Shown: piece by piece, positions 43,405 to 52,535 of the stretch
How the letters are laid out: each line of letters begins with the position of its first letter
Position numbering within the stretch: position 1 is the stretch's first letter
Source of the DNA: a virus
Taxonomy: Duplodnaviria; Caudoviricetes
DNA: 61,359 nucleotides
Direction: 5' to 3' (one strand)
Virus record (IMG/VR): IMGVR_UViG_3300037483_000835
Coordinates: 1-61,359 of that record
The notes under the pieces: generated by a model
Databases searched by the model: none
Told to the model about the DNA's origin: nothing
Seen by the model: the letters and a program-made list of their open reading frames with translations, nothing else
Translations under genes and position numbers: made by a program

Positions 43405-44825
43405 AGCGGCTTCAGGGGTATGTGCGTCATACCCGAACGGCGTGCGGCCTCGAGCTGTTCGTGTCCCTGGTCCACCAGCCACGTGCCGTTGCCCTGGTCC
43501 ATGGCGGTAACCGGCGGAACCTTGTGACCCTGACCACGGGCAAAATTGGCCTCGTGGAGGGAGGTCTTCCACTCCTCGTGATTGTTCGTCGGGATAACCT
43601 GAGCGATAGGGGCGCTTACCAGTCCCTCGTGTCCGGCCGGCGACCAAGTCTTCGTCTCGGGCTTCTCCTCGGCGAAGCCTGGCACCTCGTAGCCGAGAGC
43701 GCGGTAATGTGGCGCGAAGTCGTGGCGCGCAAGCGGGATAACCTGGCCGTTCTTGCGGTCGATGGTGAGTCCCGCTTGCTTCAAATATTTGTTACGCAGC
43801 ATGTCATCGTCGATGGGCTTGGCGCCCGAGACATGGTTGCGCTTCATCGGGATGGGCCGCGCGGTAGGCAACGACGGGTGATTCCAGATGACGTGCCCGC
43901 CATCCTCGCGCTCGACCGCCCAACCGTAGTGCTCGAGGGCTCGCTTGAGGTCGGCGTACTTCACGTCATACTTCATCAGCGGCTCGCCGAACTCGTCCTC
44001 GGTCTTGTTCAGCCCTAGTTTCTTCCGACGTGCTTCGAGACCTGAGGTGGGACGTTCCTTAAACCCGTGCTGATAATCGTACTCGCGATGGTCGGCGTGC
44101 ACCCAAGAGATACGACCTTGGCCATCGAACCCGAACCCGGGCAGGACGGTGGCTAGAGCACACCGGCAGTGTGGATGCATCAAGTGCCAACTTGGGACAT
44201 TCTCTCCTCGAATATGATATTCCGTTGACACCTCGCTAGAACGAAACACGCGCGGAGTGAATCCGTCCGGAAGCAAATGGACGCGTCGACACTCCTTACA
44301 CAAGGCCGTATCCTTCACCGGGATAAAACACACGACAGGGTCTTCGACGCCCAGGCCGTCATTCACCTGGTCTATCCCCTCTTTTACACCGATGGTCTGA
44401 GCGTGCTGAGTCTCGGAAGCAACGACCGACTGAACGCCGTTCTTGACCTTACCCCAAAGCTCGGCCAGCTCACCTTCGACAGCAGTATTCCAGTCCTCTG
44501 GCTTCAACTGGCCCTGGTCAATATCGTGAAGCAGACCTTGTAGCCGGCGCTTCGTGTCCGCCTTAGCCTGCGCACGATGCTTGTTGATGAAATCCTCGGC
44601 CACCGAGGCGATACCCTCAACGATTTCAGTATCTACTCTCCCGCCCTCTTCACTAACGGCCGCAGAAAAGATGCCGGGCAGCGTGAAATCATGGGTGTAT
44701 CCGATGAACAGCTTCTTCCCGGTGAACGCGCCGCCGAGCAAACGCGTAAGCAGGGTGTCGAATATATCATCCACCTCCGCGTCGATAGCCGCCCGTTGCT
44801 GGGCGTTCAGTCTAGGTACGGACAC
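43401..44825 (-). CDS. MuF-like minor head protein with C-terminal HicA-like and ParB/Srx-like domains
   Basis: CKEC..HPHCRC; L...GW...R..G.H..W.HP...IP...H; PPV...G.W.V.QGHEQ..AA...G...IP; follows the portal gene. Confidence 0.8.
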   Translation of the reverse strand: MSVPRLNAQQRAAIDAEVDDIFDTLLTRLLGGAFTGKKLFIGYTHDFTLPGIFSAAVSEEGGRVDTEIVEGIASVAEDFINKHRAQAKADTKRRLQGLLHDIDQGQLKPEDWNTAVEGELAELWGKVKNGVQSVVASETQHAQTIGVKEGIDQVNDGLGVEDPVVCFIPVKDTALCKECRRVHLLPDGFTPRVFRSSEVSTEYHIRGENVPSWHLMHPHCRCALATVLPGFGFDGQGRISWVHADHREYDYQHGFKERPTSGLEARRKKLGLNKTEDEFGEPLMKYDVKYADLKRALEHYGWAVEREDGGHVIWNHPSLPTARPIPMKRNHVSGAKPIDDDMLRNKYLKQAGLTIDRKNGQVIPLARHDFAPHYRALGYEVPGFAEEKPETKTWSPAGHEGLVSAPIAQVIPTNNHEEWKTSLHEANFARGQGHKVPPVTAMDQGNGTWLVDQGHEQLEAARRSGMTHIPLKPL

Positions 44826-44828
44826 GAG

Positions 44829-46979
44829 CTACCCCTTCTTAGGAGGCACAGCATCAGTCGCGATATCAGCAATGCGGCGGACCCTATGCTCCATATCACG
44901 CGCGAAGGACTCCATAATGGCCTTATTGGCGGCCAACGTGCGAGCGCGGAGGCGCTGCTTCGAAGGCGGCATATTGCGCTCACCCTTAGTTAGCAGATTC
45001 TCAGACTTCGATACCATAGACAGGAGCTGGTCAACACCGGTCGAGAGGTCGTCCCCTCCACCACCGCCCTGAGGAGGCGTCACGCCGCCAGCAGCGGCGC
45101 TAGCGTCCTGAGTAGGCTCAGAGGGCTGGCCGCCTGAGCCGCCGGCCGGAGGCTGGCCTCCAGGTCCTTGTGGCGGCGCCATGGCTGCCTGCTGTTGCTG
45201 CATAGCCTGCTGTTGCTGCATGGACTGCTGCTGTTGCTGCCAGAACGGGTTCTGATAAAACGCCAGAGAGGGGTCCTTGCTTGCCCCTTGTTTACCACAC
45301 CAGAATTCCAGAATCTCACCAAAAGTCATGTAAGACTGGATATACTGGTAGAACGTCGGGTTCAGCGGAATGTCGGCGCCCGTGAACTTCGGGAACTGCT
45401 TTTTCTCCAGCTTGCTTTGGATGTCGTTAAAGGACATCCACACGCCCATATCCTGCTGGATACGAACAGACTCCTTCTCCTCCGTGTCGACGTCCAATCC
45501 TATAAGCCTCAGCTTAACAACCTTGGCTAACTCGGGATCGATAAGAGGAAGGATGGAACTATTCAGGAAGTCCTCGAAAGAAGCAAGCAGCGGCCTGATG
45601 CCTACATCACGGGCGGCAGTCAGCTTGTACTCTTCGTTTGATTCGCTCAGAGCCTGGTTGTTAGTGCCGCGCGAAAGATGTTGATATCCAGGAAGCTCTT
45701 CAGGCGACATCTGGAAGGCCGCGAGGATGGTCCTGCAATTCGCATCGGCAAGGTACTGAAACTCCATATCCCGGCCGCCGCCGGAATCGATGGGAGCCCA
45801 GGTTAACTCATCCTCCGGGCCGATACCGAACACTGGCATGCGCCACGCGTTCTGTACCGAGTTAATCGAGGCGTTAAATTGTTGTTTGACCCCTTGTACA
45901 ATCTCAGGGTCGATATCTGCCGACTTAATGATAAGCATGCCGCGGGCTGCGCGGCCAGTCTGAAAGTAGAGTCGGTTATGATGCGTGATGTTGATGTGAG
46001 TCGTAACCGCAGTCAATGCCGTATCAAGCGGCGTGACCGGATAACCCATCTGCTCGATGTCTGTAACGTTATACGGAGAGTGAACGAGCATCTCTTGAGC
46101 GCCAAACGCCTGCATCGGCCGGCCCTCAAACACCTGGACCCAAGCGTACTCTTCGTTTTCGAACTTCTCCTTCTTCAGCTTTTCGTTCTTGAGGTTCTCC
46201 ATCAGTCGCAGGGCTGACTCACGGACCTGCTGATTGACTTCATGATACGGCGCGGCGTAATAAATCGTACCAGCGTCCGTAGGGCGGAACGAATGGAACT
46301 TGCGGCGTTCCTTGTCGTTCGGTGCATCGGGATCAGGCGTCCAAACAACTTCTGTGGCCATCCGACCGACGACTATGCAGTTGCGCGCCTGCATGTATAG
46401 ATATTCAGCGAACGAACACTTCTCTTGCTCGCTCCAGCCATTCGTATTACCACACGTCGACAGCAACTTCTCCGCACGGTTGATACGAGTCTGGAGGCGC
46501 TCCCGGCCCTCTTCGTCCAGCTTCTCTTCGATGTCCTTTTCAGTCTCTAGCTTGAAGCCCTTGCCATGCCGGTCGGCCTGTTTGCGGCCGAACTGAGCGA
46601 CGTGATTCGAACGCGTGTGAACAACGGCAGCAACGAGGTCATCCTGGATAGCCATACGCTTCAGTAGGCTGTCAGGAACACCTTGCAATTTCGGCCGATA
46701 AATACCAGCGTACTCAGTGATACGCTGTGGGTCACGTTCGAAAGCAAGACGCTCGAGGGAGTCATCAGGCCCATCTAGAGCATTCATCACGCTCTTTTGA
46801 AGCTTCGTGCCTACGGCCAGCTCGGCACGACCTAGAGGCGCTCCTTGGGAAGGGTTCACATATAGCGCACGCATGTTCGCGTGAACACGCTCTTGATTCT
46901 GAGACTTACGCAGGATACCAGCCGACCGCTCAACGGTTGGCAGCTCGGTCATCACGAGTCCGTCGAGGAGGCTTGCCAT
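44829..46979 (-). CDS. portal protein
   Basis: Portal-like G..PL..A, YF..G..RG.L, DMEFQ.L, AFQMSPEEL, GIRPLL; downstream of terminase; Gln/Pro-rich tail. Confidence 0.88.
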   Translation of the reverse strand: MASLLDGLVMTELPTVERSAGILRKSQNQERVHANMRALYVNPSQGAPLGRAELAVGTKLQKSVMNALDGPDDSLERLAFERDPQRITEYAGIYRPKLQGVPDSLLKRMAIQDDLVAAVVHTRSNHVAQFGRKQADRHGKGFKLETEKDIEEKLDEEGRERLQTRINRAEKLLSTCGNTNGWSEQEKCSFAEYLYMQARNCIVVGRMATEVVWTPDPDAPNDKERRKFHSFRPTDAGTIYYAAPYHEVNQQVRESALRLMENLKNEKLKKEKFENEEYAWVQVFEGRPMQAFGAQEMLVHSPYNVTDIEQMGYPVTPLDTALTAVTTHINITHHNRLYFQTGRAARGMLIIKSADIDPEIVQGVKQQFNASINSVQNAWRMPVFGIGPEDELTWAPIDSGGGRDMEFQYLADANCRTILAAFQMSPEELPGYQHLSRGTNNQALSESNEEYKLTAARDVGIRPLLASFEDFLNSSILPLIDPELAKVVKLRLIGLDVDTEEKESVRIQQDMGVWMSFNDIQSKLEKKQFPKFTGADIPLNPTFYQYIQSYMTFGEILEFWCGKQGASKDPSLAFYQNPFWQQQQQSMQQQQAMQQQQAAMAPPQGPGGQPPAGGSGGQPSEPTQDASAAAGGVTPPQGGGGGDDLSTGVDQLLSMVSKSENLLTKGERNMPPSKQRLRARTLAANKAIMESFARDMEHRVRRIADIATDAVPPKKG

Positions 46980-46982
46980 ATA

Positions 46983-47999
46983 CTAGTTCACCAGATATGC
47001 CAAAATCACATTTACGTTAAGTGACTGATCGCTTACGTTCTCGACTGATAGAGTAGTGAAAAAACCATAAGCCTCCGTCCATCCACCAACCGGCGCAGCT
47101 AGCGGGTCAGAAAACACCACCGGCCTCAAAACCTGCTGCCCCTGGGTCATATCGCCTGACTTGCTAGAGACCACAGCGATGCCGTCAACCTCAGCACGGA
47201 AGTACCCCAGAACTTCATCCTGGGCCACCGTGAGCGCTACTAGGGTAACGCCAGACAAGTCTGGCAGGGTGACTAAACTATCGACACTAACCCAGCCCTG
47301 TGCCGACTCCTTGACCGTCCAGACGCCAGCGTAGGCGGGTGCGCCCACAACGAGAACGGATGTCGCTGGATCGACCCTTTGAATATCCGTTGCGGCTACT
47401 GCGATGACCGTCTCCGCGGCGCCCACGGGGTCGGTAGCATCAACGCGCTTGAGAACTACCATCGCGCCTGGATTCGCACCCACAAACTTGGTGGTTACTA
47501 CAGTCCAAAATCCCTGATTCGAAGCGTCGAATGGGCCCGTATCCCCAAAACTGGAACCAGCGATGTAGACCTTATCGCCACGAGCGAGAGACATGCCGAA
47601 GTTAACAGGAGACACGGACGTGTCAGAAACGTTAATGCTGCCATCAACATTCTGAGTGACAACGTACGTGTTGCCCGGCGTTAATAGCACCGTACCCAAA
47701 CCGAGCAGAGGATTTGTAAGCGCACCGCCCGTATACCGAATCTGATAACGACCAGCCTTCGAGGGGTGGGCCTTCAAACTATAAAGAGCGCCCGCGGCGA
47801 TGCCTGAAACGACAGACACGTTCGCAAGAGTGAGAGTCTGCCCCGGGTCCACCACACGACGGTCGGACACCGCCTCTCGTGCCGACATACCAGAAGCGAA
47901 GCGTTCCCAGTCTACATAACGTTGCAGCGGCTCCGCTAGCTGGCCGGGAACTACATCTCCATAAATTTGAACGCGCGAGCTAATTCGGAGTAAGGGCAT
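46983..47999 (-). CDS. beta-rich virion structural protein
   Basis: Between terminase and portal; Val/Gly/Ser/Thr-rich. Confidence 0.55.
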   Translation of the reverse strand: MPLLRISSRVQIYGDVVPGQLAEPLQRYVDWERFASGMSAREAVSDRRVVDPGQTLTLANVSVVSGIAAGALYSLKAHPSKAGRYQIRYTGGALTNPLLGLGTVLLTPGNTYVVTQNVDGSINVSDTSVSPVNFGMSLARGDKVYIAGSSFGDTGPFDASNQGFWTVVTTKFVGANPGAMVVLKRVDATDPVGAAETVIAVAATDIQRVDPATSVLVVGAPAYAGVWTVKESAQGWVSVDSLVTLPDLSGVTLVALTVAQDEVLGYFRAEVDGIAVVSSKSGDMTQGQQVLRPVVFSDPLAAPVGGWTEAYGFFTTLSVENVSDQSLNVNVILAYLVN

Positions 48000-48029
48000 A
48001 CGTAGGGCCTCGGCCTCTTAGATTACAGC

Positions 48030-50024
48030 TCAATCGAACGAAGCGAAAAATCCACCCTTACGGATGTGGCGCTTATTCGAGTCAGAAGTTTCTCCGGGTC
48101 CCAAAATCTGCATCGCCGGCATCCCCTGTGTACTTCCAGCCATGCCGCCCGTCAGCTCATGTATCTTCGCGGCCATTTGTTGCTGTGGGGTCGGGAAAAT
48201 AGACTGAGTTATTCCTGGAACTCCCGGAGCATTCGCCGAAATACCACGAGCTATGATAACTCCAGAAGAACGCTCGAACGTATTAAACACCAGATACCGA
48301 AGAGCATCGTCAAGGTCGTCATCAACTTTGATAGGCTCGTCGGTCAAATTACCGATGGCGTCCTCCTTCCACCGATAGCCTTCAATACGCTTAGCAAGCA
48401 ACTCACATCCATCGTCGCCCTTGATGAGGTATAACTCGGGGTCCATCCCGGCGGGCGCTATCTTTTTGCGCACCGCCTCGATACCTCCAACGACATCCTT
48501 GTCCGTCTCTCGACACCTGTAGCCAGCACTCCTGAACATTTTGATATAAGCAGGATACGCGACGTCTGGCCACATGAGCGGAGAAAGATGCTTAATACGC
48601 CGGTCGCACACCTCAACGCACTGATGGGGCTCCAGTTCCGGAATCTCAAACGCATCCACGATGTAACAACGACGACCCACAATGAATGCTATAACTACCG
48701 CAAAGAAGTGTGTGAACCCGAAGTCCATACCACCTACGCACGGATAGCCGCGCTGCATGAACATCTGGATAAGTTGAGATTTGGTTACCGGAGCGATGGG
48801 CTTCTCGCCCGTGACCTCTTCCCACATCCGGTCCAGGGACAACATGTTCGCGACACGAGAGAAATTCGCGTAGATGGCGCCCGCATTACCGGGCTTGAGA
48901 CATAGTAGCTGAGCCTTCACCATCGCAATATCGCCAATTCGTTTCCACGAGGCGATGGTGTTGTAGGTGGGTTTCAGGGCAGCGGAATTAGACGTCTGGC
49001 AAGCAAGACGACCTTGACAGCCCGCAAAAATCTTACAGTTATTGAAACAGCCCCAGTACGCCTCATCCTGAGCGTAACTCTCGGCCTTCTTGGGGTCAGC
49101 GACCTGAAGCGTCTTGAACTCATCAGGTGTGATAGTCTTCAGTGTGTCGCTAGACCTGAACACGGTCAGCTTTGGCTTATCGGGTCGATGACGCTCATCT
49201 GGACATCGCTGAGTCACATCTAGGATGTTGTGGTGCCGTACCGCAGTGCCACGTTCCTCGGCGTGGTCAATCTCATCTTGGACTAGACCTCCAGAATACT
49301 TCCTCGAAGAAGTAAGAAGAGTGATTGGAGGTTGTTCGGTACCATCCTCCAGCTTCATCGTAGTGGGAATGAATAGAGCTTCGCGATATGCCTTCGGGTA
49401 CCGAATAAGGTCCAATTCGTCGACAACCATGAACGCGACGTGATCCGAGTTGGCCGACTGGGGAGTGTTGACCAGGATTTTGATGTAGTAGACGTACCGT
49501 CGATAATTGCCAGCCTGGGCCCTCCCGCCCATCTTCTTCCACTCATCGAGCGTCAAAATGTCACCCGTTGGTAGGTGCTCAAACCAACACACTGCAACGG
49601 TTCTCTTGTTGTCACCTACCTTAAACTCGGAGATTTCGTCGAAATCGAGAAAACGCTTGTAGTATTCCGCAGCCTTGTCTGATTGAGCCTCGATGGCGGC
49701 CATGTGCACAACAGAACGCCTCATGTGCAACATGGCCAGCAGCTCTAAGCAGCTTGCACCGAGAGTCTTGAAGGAGTCTCGAGAAGCGTACCAAAGGTAC
49801 GTAGACGGAGCCTTTAGGTCGTTGGCCACTCCCGCGTGGTAAATTTCCCAAATGGTATCGAGAGGAGAACCGGTCGAGCTGGCATCGATTTTCACATCCG
49901 GACAATCGAATTTAAGATAGCGACGCATCCACGTGCGGAGACCCTCCTTGGACGCACACGGAGTAAGCAACAGCTTTCTACGAAGCTGAATCTCGTCGTT
50001 GAGATCGCTAACAGAAAATGACAC
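48030..50024 (-). CDS. terL: terminase large subunit
   Basis: Walker A-like ASRDSFKT, Walker B VVDELD, nuclease GMDFG and DDLDDALRY. Confidence 0.88.
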   Translation of the reverse strand: MSFSVSDLNDEIQLRRKLLLTPCASKEGLRTWMRRYLKFDCPDVKIDASSTGSPLDTIWEIYHAGVANDLKAPSTYLWYASRDSFKTLGASCLELLAMLHMRRSVVHMAAIEAQSDKAAEYYKRFLDFDEISEFKVGDNKRTVAVCWFEHLPTGDILTLDEWKKMGGRAQAGNYRRYVYYIKILVNTPQSANSDHVAFMVVDELDLIRYPKAYREALFIPTTMKLEDGTEQPPITLLTSSRKYSGGLVQDEIDHAEERGTAVRHHNILDVTQRCPDERHRPDKPKLTVFRSSDTLKTITPDEFKTLQVADPKKAESYAQDEAYWGCFNNCKIFAGCQGRLACQTSNSAALKPTYNTIASWKRIGDIAMVKAQLLCLKPGNAGAIYANFSRVANMLSLDRMWEEVTGEKPIAPVTKSQLIQMFMQRGYPCVGGMDFGFTHFFAVVIAFIVGRRCYIVDAFEIPELEPHQCVEVCDRRIKHLSPLMWPDVAYPAYIKMFRSAGYRCRETDKDVVGGIEAVRKKIAPAGMDPELYLIKGDDGCELLAKRIEGYRWKEDAIGNLTDEPIKVDDDLDDALRYLVFNTFERSSGVIIARGISANAPGVPGITQSIFPTPQQQMAAKIHELTGGMAGSTQGMPAMQILGPGETSDSNKRHIRKGGFFASFD

Positions 50025-50674
50025 TACTTCTTCTCCAAGTGAGAACGAATCGCGTCCGCCTCCTCGGCAGTAAAGACGTGTCGAGAAGTCCCTTCAGAAG
50101 CCGTGAGCGTTACACTCGAGCCAGGCGCAGCCGTGACAGCGACAAGAGGGCCACCTTCTCCGCCCTTCGCAGGCTTGCCCGCCTCGAGCAAACGAGAGAT
50201 GGCCTCGATTATGGTCTTCTGGTCACGAATGGAGTCAGGCACGAGCCCGGAACCCTGAAGGTCCTTAGGGTCGCCCGTCTGCATGAACTTCTTCATCGCC
50301 ATGCCATGCTTTTTGTGCATCACCCCGAGTTGCAGGGTCATGAATCCCAGGGCTTCAGCAGCCATCTGCTTCACCCGCCCCGTCACCCCTCCCAGCAACT
50401 CACCTAGGTAAGCGTCCCTCCGCTCGTCCCATCTTCCATCAACTCTAGCTTTAAGCAAAAGACCTAGGTTAAGACCGGGATTGAGCGACAACATGTCCTG
50501 AATCGACATGCCATTCAGGTATAATTCAAACAGGCGCTTATTTGTCTCGGGACTCAGGTCTGGCTTACCAGACCGACAGTACCTTTCATATTCCGACAAA
50601 TCAGAGGGCAGCAGCCTGTCGAGAGCGGCAAGACGACCGCGTTCTGCAACCGCAATAGCTTCAGTGTCCGCCAT
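50024..50674 (-). CDS. probable terminase small subunit
   Basis: Directly upstream of terL; N-terminal HTH-like LFELYLNG.S..D then W..R helix. Confidence 0.6.
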   Translation of the reverse strand: MADTEAIAVAERGRLAALDRLLPSDLSEYERYCRSGKPDLSPETNKRLFELYLNGMSIQDMLSLNPGLNLGLLLKARVDGRWDERRDAYLGELLGGVTGRVKQMAAEALGFMTLQLGVMHKKHGMAMKKFMQTGDPKDLQGSGLVPDSIRDQKTIIEAISRLLEAGKPAKGGEGGPLVAVTAAPGSSVTLTASEGTSRHVFTAEEADAIRSHLEKK

Positions 50675-50684
50675 AATCCAAAGA

Positions 50685-51224
50685 TTACCGTTTTACGGGC
50701 AGAATAGGGCCCAGGTCTATATCATCGTCACGGCCGAACGGCTTCTTCTCCGTACGATACCGTTTGAATTGGGTCACGGCATCGGGGAACGGGGCGTCAA
50801 TGACTGACTTGGGCTGCGGCTCTAGCGGCTTTCGACGAGGGCCCTCGACCAGCATCTTGTACTTGCCGTTTTTCTTCTTACGGTTCATGATGTGGACTGA
50901 CCAGTCTTCTCCCAGGAGCTGTTGACACCATGCGACAAGACGCTCACTTCTCGTCTTCAGCTCCTCGGCCTCGGGCATCACCAAGAGCTGAAGATTGAAG
51001 TCGACCACATGGTCTACCTCGTTGACCCGTACCTCCACAAGGTATTTACCATCCTCACTCTGCTGAAGCTCGAACAGAAGCTGCGGCCAAAGGTAGAGCT
51101 GGGTCAATGCCATTTGCATGCGAGGGTCGTCAAACGGGATTCCCATCTTTATTAGCGTCCGCGTCCTAAGAGCGAACGCTGTCTCCTCGGGAAGAGGAGC
51201 CTGATTTTTCTGTTCATCAGACAT
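50685..51224 (-). CDS. hypothetical protein
   Basis: 179-aa ORF overlapping the nuclease stop. Confidence 0.65.
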   Translation of the reverse strand: MSDEQKNQAPLPEETAFALRTRTLIKMGIPFDDPRMQMALTQLYLWPQLLFELQQSEDGKYLVEVRVNEVDHVVDFNLQLLVMPEAEELKTRSERLVAWCQQLLGEDWSVHIMNRKKKNGKYKMLVEGPRRKPLEPQPKSVIDAPFPDAVTQFKRYRTEKKPFGRDDDIDLGPILPVKR

Positions 51225-52215
51225 TCAGTCGCTCACGGAGCATGTCCCGCAGGACGTTCGGAGAAGTGCCGAATTTAGGTCGATAGGAAGCGAGGTGTTT
51301 ACGCCATGCCACATCAATCCCTTCACTCTCACTTACCTTAGCCACACCTCGGTCAGTAGGGAATACACGCACGCGATATCCCCGACTTTGGAACTCCTGC
51401 TTTGCTGTCTCACAGAAGGCTCCCGTGCCACGAATATTAAGCAGCACCTTGTCGCCGGACCTCACCAGAGCTAGCTCGGCCTCGCACCGGTCGTCGTAGG
51501 AGTAGTCAAGCTGCCAGGTACGTCGGAGTACCTCGTCGGTCGAGAAAGACTTCTCGAAGCCTGCCTCGTTACCGAACCCGACGAGCCAGATAGCGCGCGA
51601 GGTGTTCGCGTCGCTCATTGTCTGCCACCGCGGGGAACCCGGGTACCACACCTTCCCGAAGTTGGCCGGCTTGTGGATGTGTCCCGAGATGATGAAGTGC
51701 TGCGGGAAGTCGTCGGGGTTCGCCACATCCTTGCCGTAAAAGGCATCCGCCTTGATGGGCTGGCCGTTGTCGTAGTGTCCGCCCTGGAAGGCCGCATGGC
51801 AAATCGCCACCCCCACACCAGGATGGGACTGAGCCGCCAGCAAGAGAGCCCTAGGGTCATGGTAGTACGGCAGGAAGAGGATGTCGTCCTCGACGGTGGG
51901 CTCATCGACGACGAGCACGTCATCTCGATGGACCTGCATCGAGTGGGACTTGCTCGATGCGTTTCCGGGACGGTCGTGGTTCCCGACCAACGCGACAACA
52001 CGTGCGCCGCGAACCCTCAAGTCGTGGAAGAACCCCATCCAGAACCGCTCGACATCCACGTGCTTGATGGCGTGGTTGTCATACTGGTCCCCGAGGAAAA
52101 TGACGAGACGAACGTCATGCTCCTCAACCTTGCCCAAGACAAAGGCCCGGAGGCGCTCGCAGTCCTCCAGGTCTTCGACCTTCGCGTGCACGTCGCCGAC
52201 GATTAGAGCGCGCAT
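51217..52215 (-). CDS. sbcD: SbcD/Mre11-like metallophosphoesterase nuclease
   Basis: GDVH, LGD, GNHD, SGHIH, YPGSP. Confidence 0.9.
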   Translation of the reverse strand: MRALIVGDVHAKVEDLEDCERLRAFVLGKVEEHDVRLVIFLGDQYDNHAIKHVDVERFWMGFFHDLRVRGARVVALVGNHDRPGNASSKSHSMQVHRDDVLVVDEPTVEDDILFLPYYHDPRALLLAAQSHPGVGVAICHAAFQGGHYDNGQPIKADAFYGKDVANPDDFPQHFIISGHIHKPANFGKVWYPGSPRWQTMSDANTSRAIWLVGFGNEAGFEKSFSTDEVLRRTWQLDYSYDDRCEAELALVRSGDKVLLNIRGTGAFCETAKQEFQSRGYRVRVFPTDRGVAKVSESEGIDVAWRKHLASYRPKFGTSPNVLRDMLRERLNV

Positions 52216-52535
52216 TACTCGTCCGGATGCTCTACGACGGGAGCGATACCGATATCCTTCGGCGTATCCACAATGACCACCTCGGCCAGAGGAATGAGGA
52301 TAGCCGAACGACCAAGCCCTAGATCAAAAGACTTCGCCCAAGGAGCGCGCACCGACACTCCCTTGCAGTAAATGGAGTCTCCGGTCTTGATGCCCTCGGG
52401 ACCGTCAGCCAGGGCCGTCGTCTTCAGTAGATGGTCATAATTGCCAACATACCGAACGCCTGACGCGGTCGTACTCACCATAGTGCCCTTCTCGGAAAAA
52501 GGCTCGGCCAGAACTCGGCCATCCACTGTCCTCAT
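52215..52535 (-). CDS. groES: GroES-like co-chaperonin
   Basis: GRVLAEP..TTASGV mobile loop, GIKTGD.I; 106 aa; GroEL in the same window. Confidence 0.7.
   Translation of the reverse strand: MRTVDGRVLAEPFSEKGTMVSTTASGVRYVGNYDHLLKTTALADGPEGIKTGDSIYCKGVSVRAPWAKSFDLGLGRSAILIPLAEVVIVDTPKDIGIAPVVEHPDE

Noticed and set aside
4960-50024. Genome-wide TAG recoding (genetic code 15)
   Set aside because: Long genes are intact under code 11 and TAG sits at sensible gene ends; only local readthrough remains possible
48030-50024. Intein or intron in terminase (the Cys-rich middle region)
   Set aside because: No intein C/S...HN-C/S/T termini or LAGLIDADG motifs, and the frame is continuous
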